DNA of 50,038 nt, from positions 1 through 50,038 of the IMG/VR virus record IMGVR_UViG_3300029309_000068, one strand, 5' to 3'. The stretch is from a virus (lineage: Duplodnaviria; Caudoviricetes). The notes under the pieces are model-generated. The model was not told the origin of the DNA, ran no database searches, and saw only the letters and a program-made list of their open reading frames with translations. The position numbers and the translations under genes were made by a program. Shown one piece after another: positions 18,313-29,088 of this stretch (position 1 is its first letter; each line of letters opens with the position of its first letter).

Positions 18313-21300
18313 ATGGCAGTAACTTTTAATAAAGGTGAAGTAGTAACAGATGTATACGGCAACACTAGAACTCTTTCTGGTAGTTATTCAGATAGAAGAG
18401 ATGTTGTAAATGCAATTGAAAGAGAAAAAGCTCTGTTAAACGCTGCCCAAACTGGTGACTACTCTGGTCTTATTGGTCCAATTAAAGATAAGGAAGATAG
18501 GGAAAGAGCAGGAGAAATTAAATTTGCAGCAGAGCAAATACTTAAAAAAACTAATGCTCTTCAAGGTGTTCAAACTGGTGACTATAGTAATGCTAGTAAA
18601 GATGCGCCTATGTTGTATGATACTAACACAAACTATGAAAGAACTCTAGGTAGTGGTTCTCCTGATACAGCTACAGGGGGTAAAACCTCTTCTAATAAAG
18701 GGTATGCTGTTTATGGCAGTGTTACAGATGCAAATGGTGATCAATATGTAGCTGTATCTGGTAAAAACTCTAGCTTTATTAATAAAATAAGTGCTGATGG
18801 AACTGTTGAAAGAGTATCAAAACCACCTGCAAAAAAAGGGAAAAGAAATACTAATGTAAACAGAGTTCTTGGAGCTTTTGAGGCTTTAAAAGCAACACTA
18901 GATTTAAGCGAAGGTGGAGGTGATGAAACACCTGTTGATGAAACACCTGTTGATGAATTGCCAGTTGATGAATTGCCAGTTGATGAGACACCAGTTGATG
19001 AGACACCAGTTGATGAAATACTGACAGGGTTCGAACAACCTGTAGACTCTAGTGTAGCAGGTGGTGGTTTTGAACCTGTGATACCAGATACAACAGTACA
19101 ACAAGTACCTGCAGGTGGTGTTGCTACTATTGACCCCAATAGACCTCAGACTGTAGTACAACAAGTATCCCCTGTAACTTATCAAGATGTTGTTCCTACT
19201 GGAACAATGACACCTGTAGGTCAAGTAGATCCTACAACAGGCACAGTATCTACACCAACACAAACAGGTGGCATGTCTGCTGTGCCTCAACAAGTATCAT
19301 ACAAGACACACTATGCAGGTACACAAGGTGCAGTACCACAAACACTTGTAACTACTCAGCCAGGAACAGGTGCTGCGTATCCTGCAGTATTTCAGGGATA
19401 CCAAACTGTACCTTATGGTAATGATTTAGGACAAAGAATAATGATTACTGAATTTAATGGTGTACCTACAACATATGTACCTCCAGGTTTTTTTAAAATA
19501 ACTAAAGAAACAGAGACTACAGGCGCTGCAGAAGGTGGCTTAATGGAGAATATGACTTTAGAAGGTAAAGACCGTATCTTCCGAAAGATGGGTTACAATG
19601 GTCCTAAGACACGAGAAGGTCATGCCAAGTTTGAGGAAGCTAACCCTGCTGCTAAAGCTAAAGGTCTTGCCATAGGTGGTTACATACAGAAGTTTAGTCA
19701 AGGTGGTGCGGTAAGAGCTTTTAATGAAGGTGGTGACACTACTGATGTTAAAAACTTTACATCAGCAGACTTAGCTGAAATGCAGAAGAGGGCTGTACAA
19801 CAAACGATGCAACCCATGCAAGCTACTACAGCCATGATACAACCTACTGCTGCTGATTTCATTCCAGTAGATGCAGGGATGACTGTACCCATAGCTCCTT
19901 TTGCTGAGGCCGCTACAGTAGGCAATGTACAACAAGCTGTGTTACCAACTGCTCCTGCTACAAATATTGCAGGTGTTACTACTGTTGCACCTCAAGTAGC
20001 TACAGAAGCTGCAAAGCTACAAGCTGCTACAGGAGAGCCTACACAACAGATCACTGCACAACAGCAAATAGGTACATCCATCACAGGTATGGAAGCTGCT
20101 CAAGGTAACGCTATAAAAGTAGATAGCCCTACAGCTAGAAAGTTAGAAACAGATCCTGTATCAGGTGAAAGTGAAATAATATCTGGTGCTGCTAATGCAC
20201 AAACTGCTGCTGCATTTACTGAAGCAGTAGACGCTGCAGAAGCTACACCAAGTAAACAAGCAACAGTTGCAGGTCAGCTAGAAAAACTAATGGCTGACTT
20301 TGAGGGTGGTGAGACACCTGCTTGGGCTGCAGGATCTATGCGTACTGCGATGGCTACATTAGCTGCTCGTGGTTTAGGTGCGTCTAGTCTTGCAGGTCAA
20401 GCTGTCATACAAGCTGCAATGGAAGCGGCACTACCTATCGCTCAGATGGATGCTTCTACTGTAGCACAGTTTGAAATGACTAATCTATCCAACAGACAGC
20501 AAAGACAAATGCTTGCTGCACAGCAACGTGCTACATTCATGGGTATGGAGTTTGATCAAGCATTCCAAGCTCGTGTAGCTAACTCTGCTCGTATCGGTGA
20601 CATTGCTAACATGAACTTCACGGCTGAACAACAGATAGCTTTAGAAGACTCTCGTGCAGCAAACACCATGAATCTTAGCAACTTGTCTAACTCACAGGCA
20701 ATGATAATGGCTGAGGCTGCTGCTCTGTCACAACTAGACATGGCTAACTTGTCAAACAGACAACAGGCTGCTGTACAGAATGCATCTAACTTCTTACAGA
20801 TGGATATGGCTAATCTGTCTAATGAACAACAGACTGCTATATTTAAATCACAACAAAACATACAGGCTTTGTTTACAGATCAAGCTGCTGAGAATGCTGC
20901 TGCACAGTTTAACGCTACGAGTGAGAATCAGACTGATCAGTTCTTTGCTAACTTAGCTAACCAAACCTCACAGTTTAATGCTACACAACAGAATGCTATG
21001 GATCAGTTCAACGTCAATAGTGTCAATGCATTGCGTGAGTTTAACTCAGAGCTACAACAACAGCGTGACATTTTCAATGCACAGAACGGATTAGTGATAG
21101 CACAATCTAATGCAGCATGGAGACAAAGCATAGCTACCGTAAACACAGCTACACAGAACCAAAGCAACATGGACTTTGCTAAAACTATCAATGCCCTTAC
21201 TGCATCTAACATGGATCAGATATGGCAACGAGAGCGAGACATTATGAGTTTTGCATTCGCTGCTTCTGAGAGTGCTGCAGACAGAGCCAACAGTATTGCA

Positions 21301-21408
21301 GTAGCAAAACTTACAGCAGATGCACAGGCTGAGGTAGCGGATAATGTAGGTAAAGGTAAAATAGGAGCTTTAGTAGTAGATAGTTTCTTGAAGAAGTGGT
21401 TAGGTTAA
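18313..21408 (+). CDS. Putative internal virion (ejection) protein
   Basis: 1031 aa with a long A/Q/N-rich helical C-terminal half (NLSNRQQ repeats). Confidence 0.65.
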   Translation: MAVTFNKGEVVTDVYGNTRTLSGSYSDRRDVVNAIEREKALLNAAQTGDYSGLIGPIKDKEDRERAGEIKFAAEQILKKTNALQGVQTGDYSNASKDAPMLYDTNTNYERTLGSGSPDTATGGKTSSNKGYAVYGSVTDANGDQYVAVSGKNSSFINKISADGTVERVSKPPAKKGKRNTNVNRVLGAFEALKATLDLSEGGGDETPVDETPVDELPVDELPVDETPVDETPVDEILTGFEQPVDSSVAGGGFEPVIPDTTVQQVPAGGVATIDPNRPQTVVQQVSPVTYQDVVPTGTMTPVGQVDPTTGTVSTPTQTGGMSAVPQQVSYKTHYAGTQGAVPQTLVTTQPGTGAAYPAVFQGYQTVPYGNDLGQRIMITEFNGVPTTYVPPGFFKITKETETTGAAEGGLMENMTLEGKDRIFRKMGYNGPKTREGHAKFEEANPAAKAKGLAIGGYIQKFSQGGAVRAFNEGGDTTDVKNFTSADLAEMQKRAVQQTMQPMQATTAMIQPTAADFIPVDAGMTVPIAPFAEAATVGNVQQAVLPTAPATNIAGVTTVAPQVATEAAKLQAATGEPTQQITAQQQIGTSITGMEAAQGNAIKVDSPTARKLETDPVSGESEIISGAANAQTAAAFTEAVDAAEATPSKQATVAGQLEKLMADFEGGETPAWAAGSMRTAMATLAARGLGASSLAGQAVIQAAMEAALPIAQMDASTVAQFEMTNLSNRQQRQMLAAQQRATFMGMEFDQAFQARVANSARIGDIANMNFTAEQQIALEDSRAANTMNLSNLSNSQAMIMAEAAALSQLDMANLSNRQQAAVQNASNFLQMDMANLSNEQQTAIFKSQQNIQALFTDQAAENAAAQFNATSENQTDQFFANLANQTSQFNATQQNAMDQFNVNSVNALREFNSELQQQRDIFNAQNGLVIAQSNAAWRQSIATVNTATQNQSNMDFAKTINALTASNMDQIWQRERDIMSFAFAASESAADRANSIAVAKLTADAQAEVADNVGKGKIGALVVDSFLKKWLG
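18922..19017 (+). repeat. 15-nt coding tandem repeat (DETPV/DELPV) x6.4
   Basis: GATGAAACACCTGTT x2, GATGAATTGCCAGTT x2, GATGAGACACCAGTT x2. Confidence 0.92.
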
Positions 21409-22277
21409 TGGATAGCATAATAGATAAAACAGCAATACAGAACGTAATTAAACAATACACTGGTGTGGACGATGCTGACGAGGCACGTAACAAACTTTTA
21501 TCTAGGGGACTATTTAGTAAGGCAAGAGAGTCAGCAGAAGAAACTAGAGGACAAGTAAAGTCTGCTGTATCCCAAACTGTTGAAGACGCACTAGCATCAG
21601 TGGCAGGGTTAACTAATTTAACTATAAGTAAACGTACCTTACCTGAAGATCAAGAGACACCTGATTTACCTGAAGACCAACCAGGAGAGTTATTTGACGA
21701 TCCTGCTATGCGAACATTTGAGACAGACTTGTATGAGGCTAAAAGGGAGAAACCTACAGATGCCAAAGTTATTAGTGATCCTAATGATGCTGACGGTGGT
21801 GCAGCAAGTGGGAAAGAATTTGATGCTACCGTTAAGGATTTTTTAGAGCTTAACGAAGGTAATGAAAACACACCTTATCAAGACACATTAGGTAATTGGA
21901 CTGTAGGTATTGGACATTACATAGGTAAAACCTTACCTGAAAGATTTAAAAACTCTGATGGCACTCCAAAAAAATTAACAGATACACAAGTAAAAATGTT
22001 GTTTGAAAAGGATTACAAAGAACATAAAGAAGATGCTGCTAAACTTCCTATGTACAGCCAATTAGATAATAAAGGTAAGCAAGCTTTAATAGACTTGACT
22101 TTTAATATGGGTAATGAAAAATTTAATGAAGATGAGTGGAAACTGTTTTTTACAGCTTTAAAAAATAAAGATTTAAAAACTGCAGCTAAAGAATTAAAAA
22201 ATTCTAAATGGTATAATCAGGTAGGAGACAGAGCACCTAGAGTAATAAATTTAATTAAAGGAGCTAAATTTATTTAA
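21408..22277 (+). CDS. Lysozyme (GH24/T4-like C-terminal domain) with N-terminal extension
   Basis: EG..PYQDTLGNWTVGIGH catalytic loop, LIDLTFNMG and SKWYNQVGDRA. The ATG at 21408 overlaps the upstream stop (TAATG). Confidence 0.88.
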   Translation: MDSIIDKTAIQNVIKQYTGVDDADEARNKLLSRGLFSKARESAEETRGQVKSAVSQTVEDALASVAGLTNLTISKRTLPEDQETPDLPEDQPGELFDDPAMRTFETDLYEAKREKPTDAKVISDPNDADGGAASGKEFDATVKDFLELNEGNENTPYQDTLGNWTVGIGHYIGKTLPERFKNSDGTPKKLTDTQVKMLFEKDYKEHKEDAAKLPMYSQLDNKGKQALIDLTFNMGNEKFNEDEWKLFFTALKNKDLKTAAKELKNSKWYNQVGDRAPRVINLIKGAKFI

Positions 22278-22720
22278 TGTTTGGACTACCACTAGAATTA
22301 ATCACTATGCTCTTCTCCACTGTGCTAGGTGGAGTAATGTCTATCTGGGGTCAGTCAATGAAGAACCGCCAGATGCAGCAAGAGATGTTGATGCAACGTG
22401 CAGAGTTCAATCGTAGTGCTGTAGCTGATGCAAGAGATGCAGGTAAGAATGACAAGCACTTTGCATGGACACGTAGGCTTATAGCTCTATCTGCTGTGTT
22501 CTCTATAATTGTATTGCCAAAGCTAGTCGCTGTATGGTATCCTGAAGTGAGTGTGTACGTAGGATATACTGAAGCTACTGGTGGTTTCTTTAGTTGGATG
22601 TTTGGACCAGATGAAGCTATCAAGTGGAAGATGGCACAAGGTTTTGTAATCACACCACTAGACACACACATCGTATCAGCCATAGTTGGATTATACTTTG
22701 GCGCAGGATTTACAAAATAA
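22277..22720 (+). CDS. Membrane protein, possible holin
   Basis: Three hydrophobic segments, translationally coupled to the lysozyme gene. Confidence 0.55.
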   Translation: MFGLPLELITMLFSTVLGGVMSIWGQSMKNRQMQQEMLMQRAEFNRSAVADARDAGKNDKHFAWTRRLIALSAVFSIIVLPKLVAVWYPEVSVYVGYTEATGGFFSWMFGPDEAIKWKMAQGFVITPLDTHIVSAIVGLYFGAGFTK

Positions 22721-22732
22721 GGTACATATAAA

Positions 22733-23299
22733 ATGGAATTACTAAAAGCGCCTATCCCAGGTCAATCATTGACAGATGAACCTAAGAACTATCCTTGGGA
22801 GAATCCACCAGAGATAACTGATCCTGAAGAAGCCATTGCTATGCACATGAGTAAGTTCAATGACCCTGAAGTTGTTGACAACATGATCGATCTACTTGAT
22901 CTAGGCTTTCCAGTAAAGGCATTAGCAGAAAGTGTTCTTACAGCTAGTGTTGCTGCAGGGTGGCACACGATAGACATCAGCCTTATCATTGCACCATTTA
23001 TGCATGAGCATATAAAGTCTATAGCTCAAGAGGCAGGTGTAAACTTTGTAGAAGGGCTAGATGAATCTGATAGAGATAAACAAGAAAGAGAGCGTAAAGC
23101 TATCAGAGCTAGAGTAAGTAAAGCATTATCTGACACACCTCAAGATGAAAGAGATGCAGGTTATGACATGGCTATGGAAGCATTAGGTGTGCTAGACAAA
23201 GCTGAAGAGGACTACGAAACAATGCAGGAAGCTCCTGAAGAGTCTGTAGAAGAAACACAAGAGCCACAGATGCAACGTGGCCTAATGGCAAGAGGTTAA
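22733..23299 (+). CDS. Conserved virion-associated protein
   Basis: APIPGQSLTDEPKNYPWENPP N-terminus; ends RGLMARG. Confidence 0.6.
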   Translation: MELLKAPIPGQSLTDEPKNYPWENPPEITDPEEAIAMHMSKFNDPEVVDNMIDLLDLGFPVKALAESVLTASVAAGWHTIDISLIIAPFMHEHIKSIAQEAGVNFVEGLDESDRDKQERERKAIRARVSKALSDTPQDERDAGYDMAMEALGVLDKAEEDYETMQEAPEESVEETQEPQMQRGLMARG

Positions 23300-23303
23300 T
23301 AAC

Positions 23304-25463
23304 ATGGCAGGGTTTTGGGCAGGTTTTGGTGAGCAGCTAAGTGAAAACGTTGAGCAACGTAAAAAGACTCTAGATCGTTTGATCGAAGAGAATTTAGCTA
23401 ATGCTCGTGCAGCTAAAGGTAAATATACAAAGCAGAAACAAATTGCTAACACAGTAACAAAGTCTGCTGAGTCAATAAAAAGTAGATATGGTCTTAGTAA
23501 AGGACAGGCTTTAGCTCTAGCAGAAGCATACGGTTCAGATCTACCTAGATTAGAAGCAACTTTAGACGCAAACAACAACAAGTTAAAAGCTAATGTAGGT
23601 ATAGGCTATGATGCTACAGATGTAATGGCGTTTGTAAATATGTCAGGAGATCTAGAGTTTCCTGAAAATGCCAATATAGCTGAGGGTGTTGAAAAGTTGA
23701 TGGGCCTACACTACAATGAAGCTGTTAAAGAAGACAATCCTAAAAGTGAAAGTGCTAAGACTCGTAGCTTTATTCGTGCAGCAATGGCATTTGACCCACA
23801 GATGCAAGCAATGGAAAGAATGGAGTCTATCAAAGGGCCAGAGGGTATGACTTATGCACAGCTTCTTGAGCTAGAAGCAGCAGGGTTTGCACCAGATGAT
23901 ATATACGGTGGCGTAACAAGAGGTGCAGGACCAACATACGACTACACTGAAGCTACTGGTAGAACTACAAATAACTTCTTTTCACGAGAGTTATCACAAA
24001 AGATATTCCAATCTGATTTAACTAATCCAATAGACTATAGTAATTACACCGCTAATCAAGGTAGAGATAAAGCATTACTAAAAGTTAAGATAAACAATGG
24101 TGGTACAGCAATGCAAAGGTTAGAGAAAGAGATAGTCCTTGCGTTTAGAGGTACAGACATGGGCTTAGACTCTTTCCGTAAAGGTGTACTACAAGATATA
24201 TATGACAACATAGAAACAGAAGCACAGTTAGATAGCTTTATTAAAAGTGTTAACAGCCAAGCTGCACTTGGTATCATCAAGGCTAAGAATGGTCAGTTAA
24301 GTCCTGAAGATATTCAAGGTATTATAGCAGGTAGTAGAATAGATCCAGAAACAGAAAAGAAAGAAGAAAAAGTTACAGTCATTAGTGATAATCTTGAGGA
24401 AGCTATTGTTGATCAAGATGATGCTGACGCAATGGAAGATTTAGGAGTCACTAAGACTGCTACTGTTGATGACCAAGACTCAATGGAGAATATTGGTGTT
24501 ACTAAAACTAAAGTCAGCCCTCCTACTGTAAAAACAGATAAAGGTGAAGCACCTGCAGTTTTAACTTCTATAGACGATCTACAACTTAGAGATACTTACT
24601 TTGATGCACCTGAGTCTATACAAGAACAAATAAATAACCTAGACCCAACAGTTAAAACAGACGTTGATGTAGCTAGAATGTTGTTATTACAAAACCAGAA
24701 ATCTATGAAAGAACGTACTCCATTTATAGATGCTGCAGTAGATAAGATAAATATGCTTAAAAATGCAGAGGGATTATCTGAGGATCAAAAGGCTGCAGAA
24801 ACTCTGAAAGTACTTGTACAAGAAGCAAACATTACTATACCAACAAATGAAACAGAAATGGGTTTCTTTAGAGATGACTTAAAAGAAGCTATTGAAGATC
24901 ATGGGCTAGATATAACTCCATCCGTAGAGCAAGCTATAATTAAGAGAGCGTCTAAATTTGACTTAGCATCAATGCAGCTACCTGATGATACACCTAAATT
25001 ATCTGAGCAATTACCTGAGCTTAACAAAGCAGGTTTTGTAGCAGGTAACGCAGGTCAAGTAGCCTTACGTAATATAGAGGCTGCTGATAATCTCAGAGAC
25101 AGTATGTCTAACTACACTCGTGCAGAATGGAATGAGATGTCTCGCAAAGAGCGTAAAGAAAAAGGTTTACCAGAGAACAGGTTAAACTTGTACTTCGCAG
25201 GTAGCGATGCATTTAAAGAACCAAAAAAACAAGCTCCTGAAAACACTAAGATACAAACATCTCAAGACTTTATTGAGCAAGAGTTCCGTAGCGTCATAGA
25301 GTACCTTGAAGAAGAAGAGGTTGACTATGAAGATAGAGAAGACATCAAGTCAGGTATAGCTGCATGGTTTGCTGATAATGATGCAAGACTAGATATATCA
25401 TCTAGCTTAACAACAGACGAAATAACAGATGGTCTTATGCAGGTCTTACAAGAACAAGGATAG
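23304..25463 (+). CDS. Putative internal virion (ejection) protein
   Basis: 719 aa with an MAGFWAGF start; position in the ejection cluster. Confidence 0.55.
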   Translation: MAGFWAGFGEQLSENVEQRKKTLDRLIEENLANARAAKGKYTKQKQIANTVTKSAESIKSRYGLSKGQALALAEAYGSDLPRLEATLDANNNKLKANVGIGYDATDVMAFVNMSGDLEFPENANIAEGVEKLMGLHYNEAVKEDNPKSESAKTRSFIRAAMAFDPQMQAMERMESIKGPEGMTYAQLLELEAAGFAPDDIYGGVTRGAGPTYDYTEATGRTTNNFFSRELSQKIFQSDLTNPIDYSNYTANQGRDKALLKVKINNGGTAMQRLEKEIVLAFRGTDMGLDSFRKGVLQDIYDNIETEAQLDSFIKSVNSQAALGIIKAKNGQLSPEDIQGIIAGSRIDPETEKKEEKVTVISDNLEEAIVDQDDADAMEDLGVTKTATVDDQDSMENIGVTKTKVSPPTVKTDKGEAPAVLTSIDDLQLRDTYFDAPESIQEQINNLDPTVKTDVDVARMLLLQNQKSMKERTPFIDAAVDKINMLKNAEGLSEDQKAAETLKVLVQEANITIPTNETEMGFFRDDLKEAIEDHGLDITPSVEQAIIKRASKFDLASMQLPDDTPKLSEQLPELNKAGFVAGNAGQVALRNIEAADNLRDSMSNYTRAEWNEMSRKERKEKGLPENRLNLYFAGSDAFKEPKKQAPENTKIQTSQDFIEQEFRSVIEYLEEEEVDYEDREDIKSGIAAWFADNDARLDISSSLTTDEITDGLMQVLQEQG

Positions 25464-25466
25464 ATA

Positions 25467-28400
25467 ATGTCTAACGCTTTTTCGTATTATACTGCTGAGA
25501 GTATGCAGGATAAAAAAGTATCTGACTTAGTAACAAACGCTGACTTCCTCAAGGATAGTATAACCTTTCTAAAGTCTAACAGAAAGGGTTACACAGATGA
25601 AGATATTAGCAAGATGTCAGGTGACGATGTTGTATCTGAAGTCTTAGAACATTTTCGTTATCAAGTTAGTAACGAAGTTACTATGGCTAAAGATGTGTAC
25701 TACATGAAAGATGATAGTGTAGACATGTCTGAGAAACAATCCTTTGGTAGGCTCATGTTTGCCTTTGATAATTCAAAAGGTGAGGGTTTGTTTGACAGAG
25801 GTGGTGAAGCATTCTTTGATTACGTTCAGGGTGGTGGTAGTGCACCTAGTACATACGGATCTATCCTAGCAGGGTTTGCTTCTGCAGGTACTGGTGCTGC
25901 TGCAATACAAGGTACAAAAGCTGCATCGTTACTTGCCCTGAGAGAACTAGGTAAGAAAGCTATCAAGCGTAGCTTAATGGCAGGTATGGCAGATGGTGTT
26001 GTAGCTGCAGGTCAAGAGTACGGCAATCAGAAGATTAGAGAAAGTATAGCACCTGAAGTAGGTGTAGACTACGAGGGTAGTAAGGGCGCAGTTGCATTAA
26101 GCGGTGCGTTGGGTTTTGGCATGGGAGCAGCAGGTTATGGTATACCTGCATACACGCAACACCAAGGTGCTAAGAAACTAGCTGATACTATTGACATGGG
26201 CAGGAAAGCTAGTGAAGACAGGATTAAAGCTAGTGCCGCAATAGCTAGAAAAAGAGCAGAGGATGCACTTAAAGACAGTAAGAAGTCTGCTAACATGGAG
26301 GGTGCTACCAAAAGAGTTCTTCAGTCTATTGACCCTAGTCTTGTACGTGAAGGTAACTTAGTTAAAAAGTATCTACTTAGTGAAGGAATGCCTGATGGAT
26401 TGATAGGTGGCCTCAGCCTAGAGACAGTACAAAGGTTATCTGCTGCATCCTATGACTTAGCTGAAAGACTTGGTGTAAATCTAAGTGACCCTAATATACG
26501 CATCACTGAAATACTAGCAGACAACATCGGCAAGAACAAAGATTCATTCTTTCAAGTAGCAGAGTCCTATGGTCTTACACCAAGGCAACTATCCGCAACC
26601 TATGCTGCTGAGGTGTCACAAGCTGCTAAGATATTAGGAACACAAAGCGGCTTATCTAAGAGAGCAAGAAAATCAGACTTAGCTAATCTATCTAAAAAGG
26701 TAGACGAATTGTTTGAGGCAGGTATGGCTCCTGCAAAAGCAGAAGACTTAGCAGTTATAGCTAAAGCTACTCGTGACAATCGTAACATTATCTGGCGTAA
26801 CTTTAAAGATGTAGAGAATGCTAGGCGTTTGTTTATGACATCCCAACCTGCTACAACAATGCGTAACAACATATTCTCTGTAGCTATGACAGGTATAGAC
26901 ATCATTGATCAGCTAAATGCTAGTGTACTTAAGACGGTGAGTGGTAAGTCTGGTATGCCTGAGTTCAAAGGCTCAGTATCTAATTTAAAATACCTAACCA
27001 AAGATAACTATGTAGCTGATGCACTTGTAACTATGCTACAAGGACAATCACCAGAGAAGTTTCAAAAAGTATTCTTTGATGCAGCTATCGTAGAAGCTAA
27101 CGTTGTAAAAGATAGTAAACTAACCAAGCTAGGTGCTGCTGCCAACACATTAAACACCTTATCGGACTTTGTAGTTAAACGTGCTATTATTACTGGCAAT
27201 ATAGACAGGACACTACGACAAAGAAAAGACTTACACAAAAGTATTGGTAACAGTGTAATGGATATGTTGGAGAAAGGTACAGCAGATCAGCTACCTGAAG
27301 ACATACTTGATGCAGCTATAGATGAATCACTAGCCTTTACATTTCAACGTAGATTTGGCGGTAAGGATGCTAGTCAATTAAACAAAGGTGTAGGAAACTT
27401 AGTTAGGTTTATACATAACACAGGCTTAACTGTTGTTATACCTTTCCCTAGATACCTAGCTTCTCAAGCTAAGTTTGTATCTGACTATACAGGTTTAACT
27501 TTATTGAGAAGACCATTGCTTGACGGTGTAAAACCTACTACTCAAGAGACAGCCAAGTTTATGACAGGTGCAATGACATTTGGTGGACTCTACAGTATAA
27601 GTAAAGATAAGATACACAGAGGTCTTGAGTGGTTTGAAGCAGAGGGTGAAGATGGTAGAGTGTATGATGCACAAGCTGCTCTTGGTCCTGCATCTGCACA
27701 GGTATACGTAGCAGACTACTATGCTAGGATAATGGAAGGTTTACCTGTCAAGCCTTTGTCAGAGGCATCTAAAGATCTAACAAAGATACTAGGTGGCACA
27801 GAGTTTAGACCTGGCGTTGGGCTTGCTGATAATATCATACGTGCTGCAGAAAGCGGTAATTGGGAACCTCTTACAAATCAAGTAGGTGATTACTTTAGTT
27901 CTTACACATATCCTGCTGCAGTGCTGAAAGACTTCTATGGTCAGTTTGATCCACGTTCATCCTACTTACCTGAGACAAGAGATGCTACCGTATCTGTTGT
28001 AGAGTTTATGGGTATGGACTTTACCATGTCTACCATACAGAGAATTACTAGACATCTTCCAGACTTCAATAGTGATAAAATGTCTGAGGGTTTAGAGAAA
28101 GGGCTAGGAATAAAGATAGCTCCTGAGACACTAGCTAAGTATCTAGAGTTTGCTAACACATCCACACGTACATACTATCAGACTCAGTACACGAAAGATG
28201 CTGATGCCAATAATATGAGACAAGATGCTATACGTTATGATGTTTTTGGTAATGGTCCTATCAGGATACTTGATCCGCTAGTAAAACAGCTTACTGGGTT
28301 TGTAGGTAGACCACCAAAGAATGCATTACAACGTGAGATGACTAGGCTACAAGTAGATCCTTTTAGGATATACAATCCATACATGGAAAAGAATCAAGTA

Positions 28401-28853
28401 CTAGAGTTGTTTACTCAGCAAAAGTTACAGGGTAATCTAGCAGCTAAAGCTAGTTTGTTTATGATGTCACCTAGATATGCAGAATCTAACGATCAAGAAA
28501 AGCAAGCAAGGCTTAGAGAGTTCTTGAAAGCAGAGGTTAGAGTAGCTAGAGCAGATGCTGAGGACACATTACAAAGAATGTCACAACTACCCGAAGCTAC
28601 ACAAGACTACGAATCTTTTATGCGTGGTGAGTTAAAAGCTATGGGTAGACAAGAAAGAAAGTTTGCTGATTTAGGATGGGCAGAAATAAGAGGTGAATAC
28701 GGATATGAAGGTCTGTCTTTTGATGAAGCTCTTGATGTAGTTGATGCAGACAGAGTATTTACTCCTGAAGAAAAAGGCATATATAAAACTAACTTGATAG
28801 ACTTATACATAGGACTCAAAGACTATCAGAAGTACATAAGAGATACACAATAA
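25467..28853 (+). CDS. Large internal virion protein (T7 gp16-like position)
   Basis: 1128 aa, last late gene, Gly/Ala-rich segments and VIPFPRY motif. Confidence 0.65.
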   Translation: MSNAFSYYTAESMQDKKVSDLVTNADFLKDSITFLKSNRKGYTDEDISKMSGDDVVSEVLEHFRYQVSNEVTMAKDVYYMKDDSVDMSEKQSFGRLMFAFDNSKGEGLFDRGGEAFFDYVQGGGSAPSTYGSILAGFASAGTGAAAIQGTKAASLLALRELGKKAIKRSLMAGMADGVVAAGQEYGNQKIRESIAPEVGVDYEGSKGAVALSGALGFGMGAAGYGIPAYTQHQGAKKLADTIDMGRKASEDRIKASAAIARKRAEDALKDSKKSANMEGATKRVLQSIDPSLVREGNLVKKYLLSEGMPDGLIGGLSLETVQRLSAASYDLAERLGVNLSDPNIRITEILADNIGKNKDSFFQVAESYGLTPRQLSATYAAEVSQAAKILGTQSGLSKRARKSDLANLSKKVDELFEAGMAPAKAEDLAVIAKATRDNRNIIWRNFKDVENARRLFMTSQPATTMRNNIFSVAMTGIDIIDQLNASVLKTVSGKSGMPEFKGSVSNLKYLTKDNYVADALVTMLQGQSPEKFQKVFFDAAIVEANVVKDSKLTKLGAAANTLNTLSDFVVKRAIITGNIDRTLRQRKDLHKSIGNSVMDMLEKGTADQLPEDILDAAIDESLAFTFQRRFGGKDASQLNKGVGNLVRFIHNTGLTVVIPFPRYLASQAKFVSDYTGLTLLRRPLLDGVKPTTQETAKFMTGAMTFGGLYSISKDKIHRGLEWFEAEGEDGRVYDAQAALGPASAQVYVADYYARIMEGLPVKPLSEASKDLTKILGGTEFRPGVGLADNIIRAAESGNWEPLTNQVGDYFSSYTYPAAVLKDFYGQFDPRSSYLPETRDATVSVVEFMGMDFTMSTIQRITRHLPDFNSDKMSEGLEKGLGIKIAPETLAKYLEFANTSTRTYYQTQYTKDADANNMRQDAIRYDVFGNGPIRILDPLVKQLTGFVGRPPKNALQREMTRLQVDPFRIYNPYMEKNQVLELFTQQKLQGNLAAKASLFMMSPRYAESNDQEKQARLREFLKAEVRVARADAEDTLQRMSQLPEATQDYESFMRGELKAMGRQERKFADLGWAEIRGEYGYEGLSFDEALDVVDADRVFTPEEKGIYKTNLIDLYIGLKDYQKYIRDTQ

Positions 28854-28885
28854 AATAGGGGCGCATTTAGCGCCCTTACTTTTTT
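28852..28885. terminator. Probable bidirectional intrinsic terminator
   Basis: AAAAT-AG-GGGCGC-ATTTA-GCGCCC-TTAC-TTTTTT between convergent modules. Confidence 0.75.
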
Positions 28886-29082
28886 ATACCATTGAGTCTT
28901 GAGCTACGCTCTGCCCACAGTTGTACTATGATTAAGTGTTTTATAGCCTCCCTTGTTTCAGTAGTGTGATACAGATTGTCAGTTATATACTTGTCTAACG
29001 CTTCTATGCGTTCCTGTATCCCTTCTTTGAAATGATCGTGTCTCCTAGATACAAAGTCTTTTGCTTCTTTTTCTAGGCTCAT
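28876..29082 (-). CDS. Small helical hypothetical protein
   Basis: 68-aa ORF with GGAGGT SD; last gene of the - strand operon. Confidence 0.7.
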   Translation of the reverse strand: MSLEKEAKDFVSRRHDHFKEGIQERIEALDKYITDNLYHTTETREAIKHLIIVQLWAERSSRLNGIKK

Positions 29083-29088
29083 ACTTGG

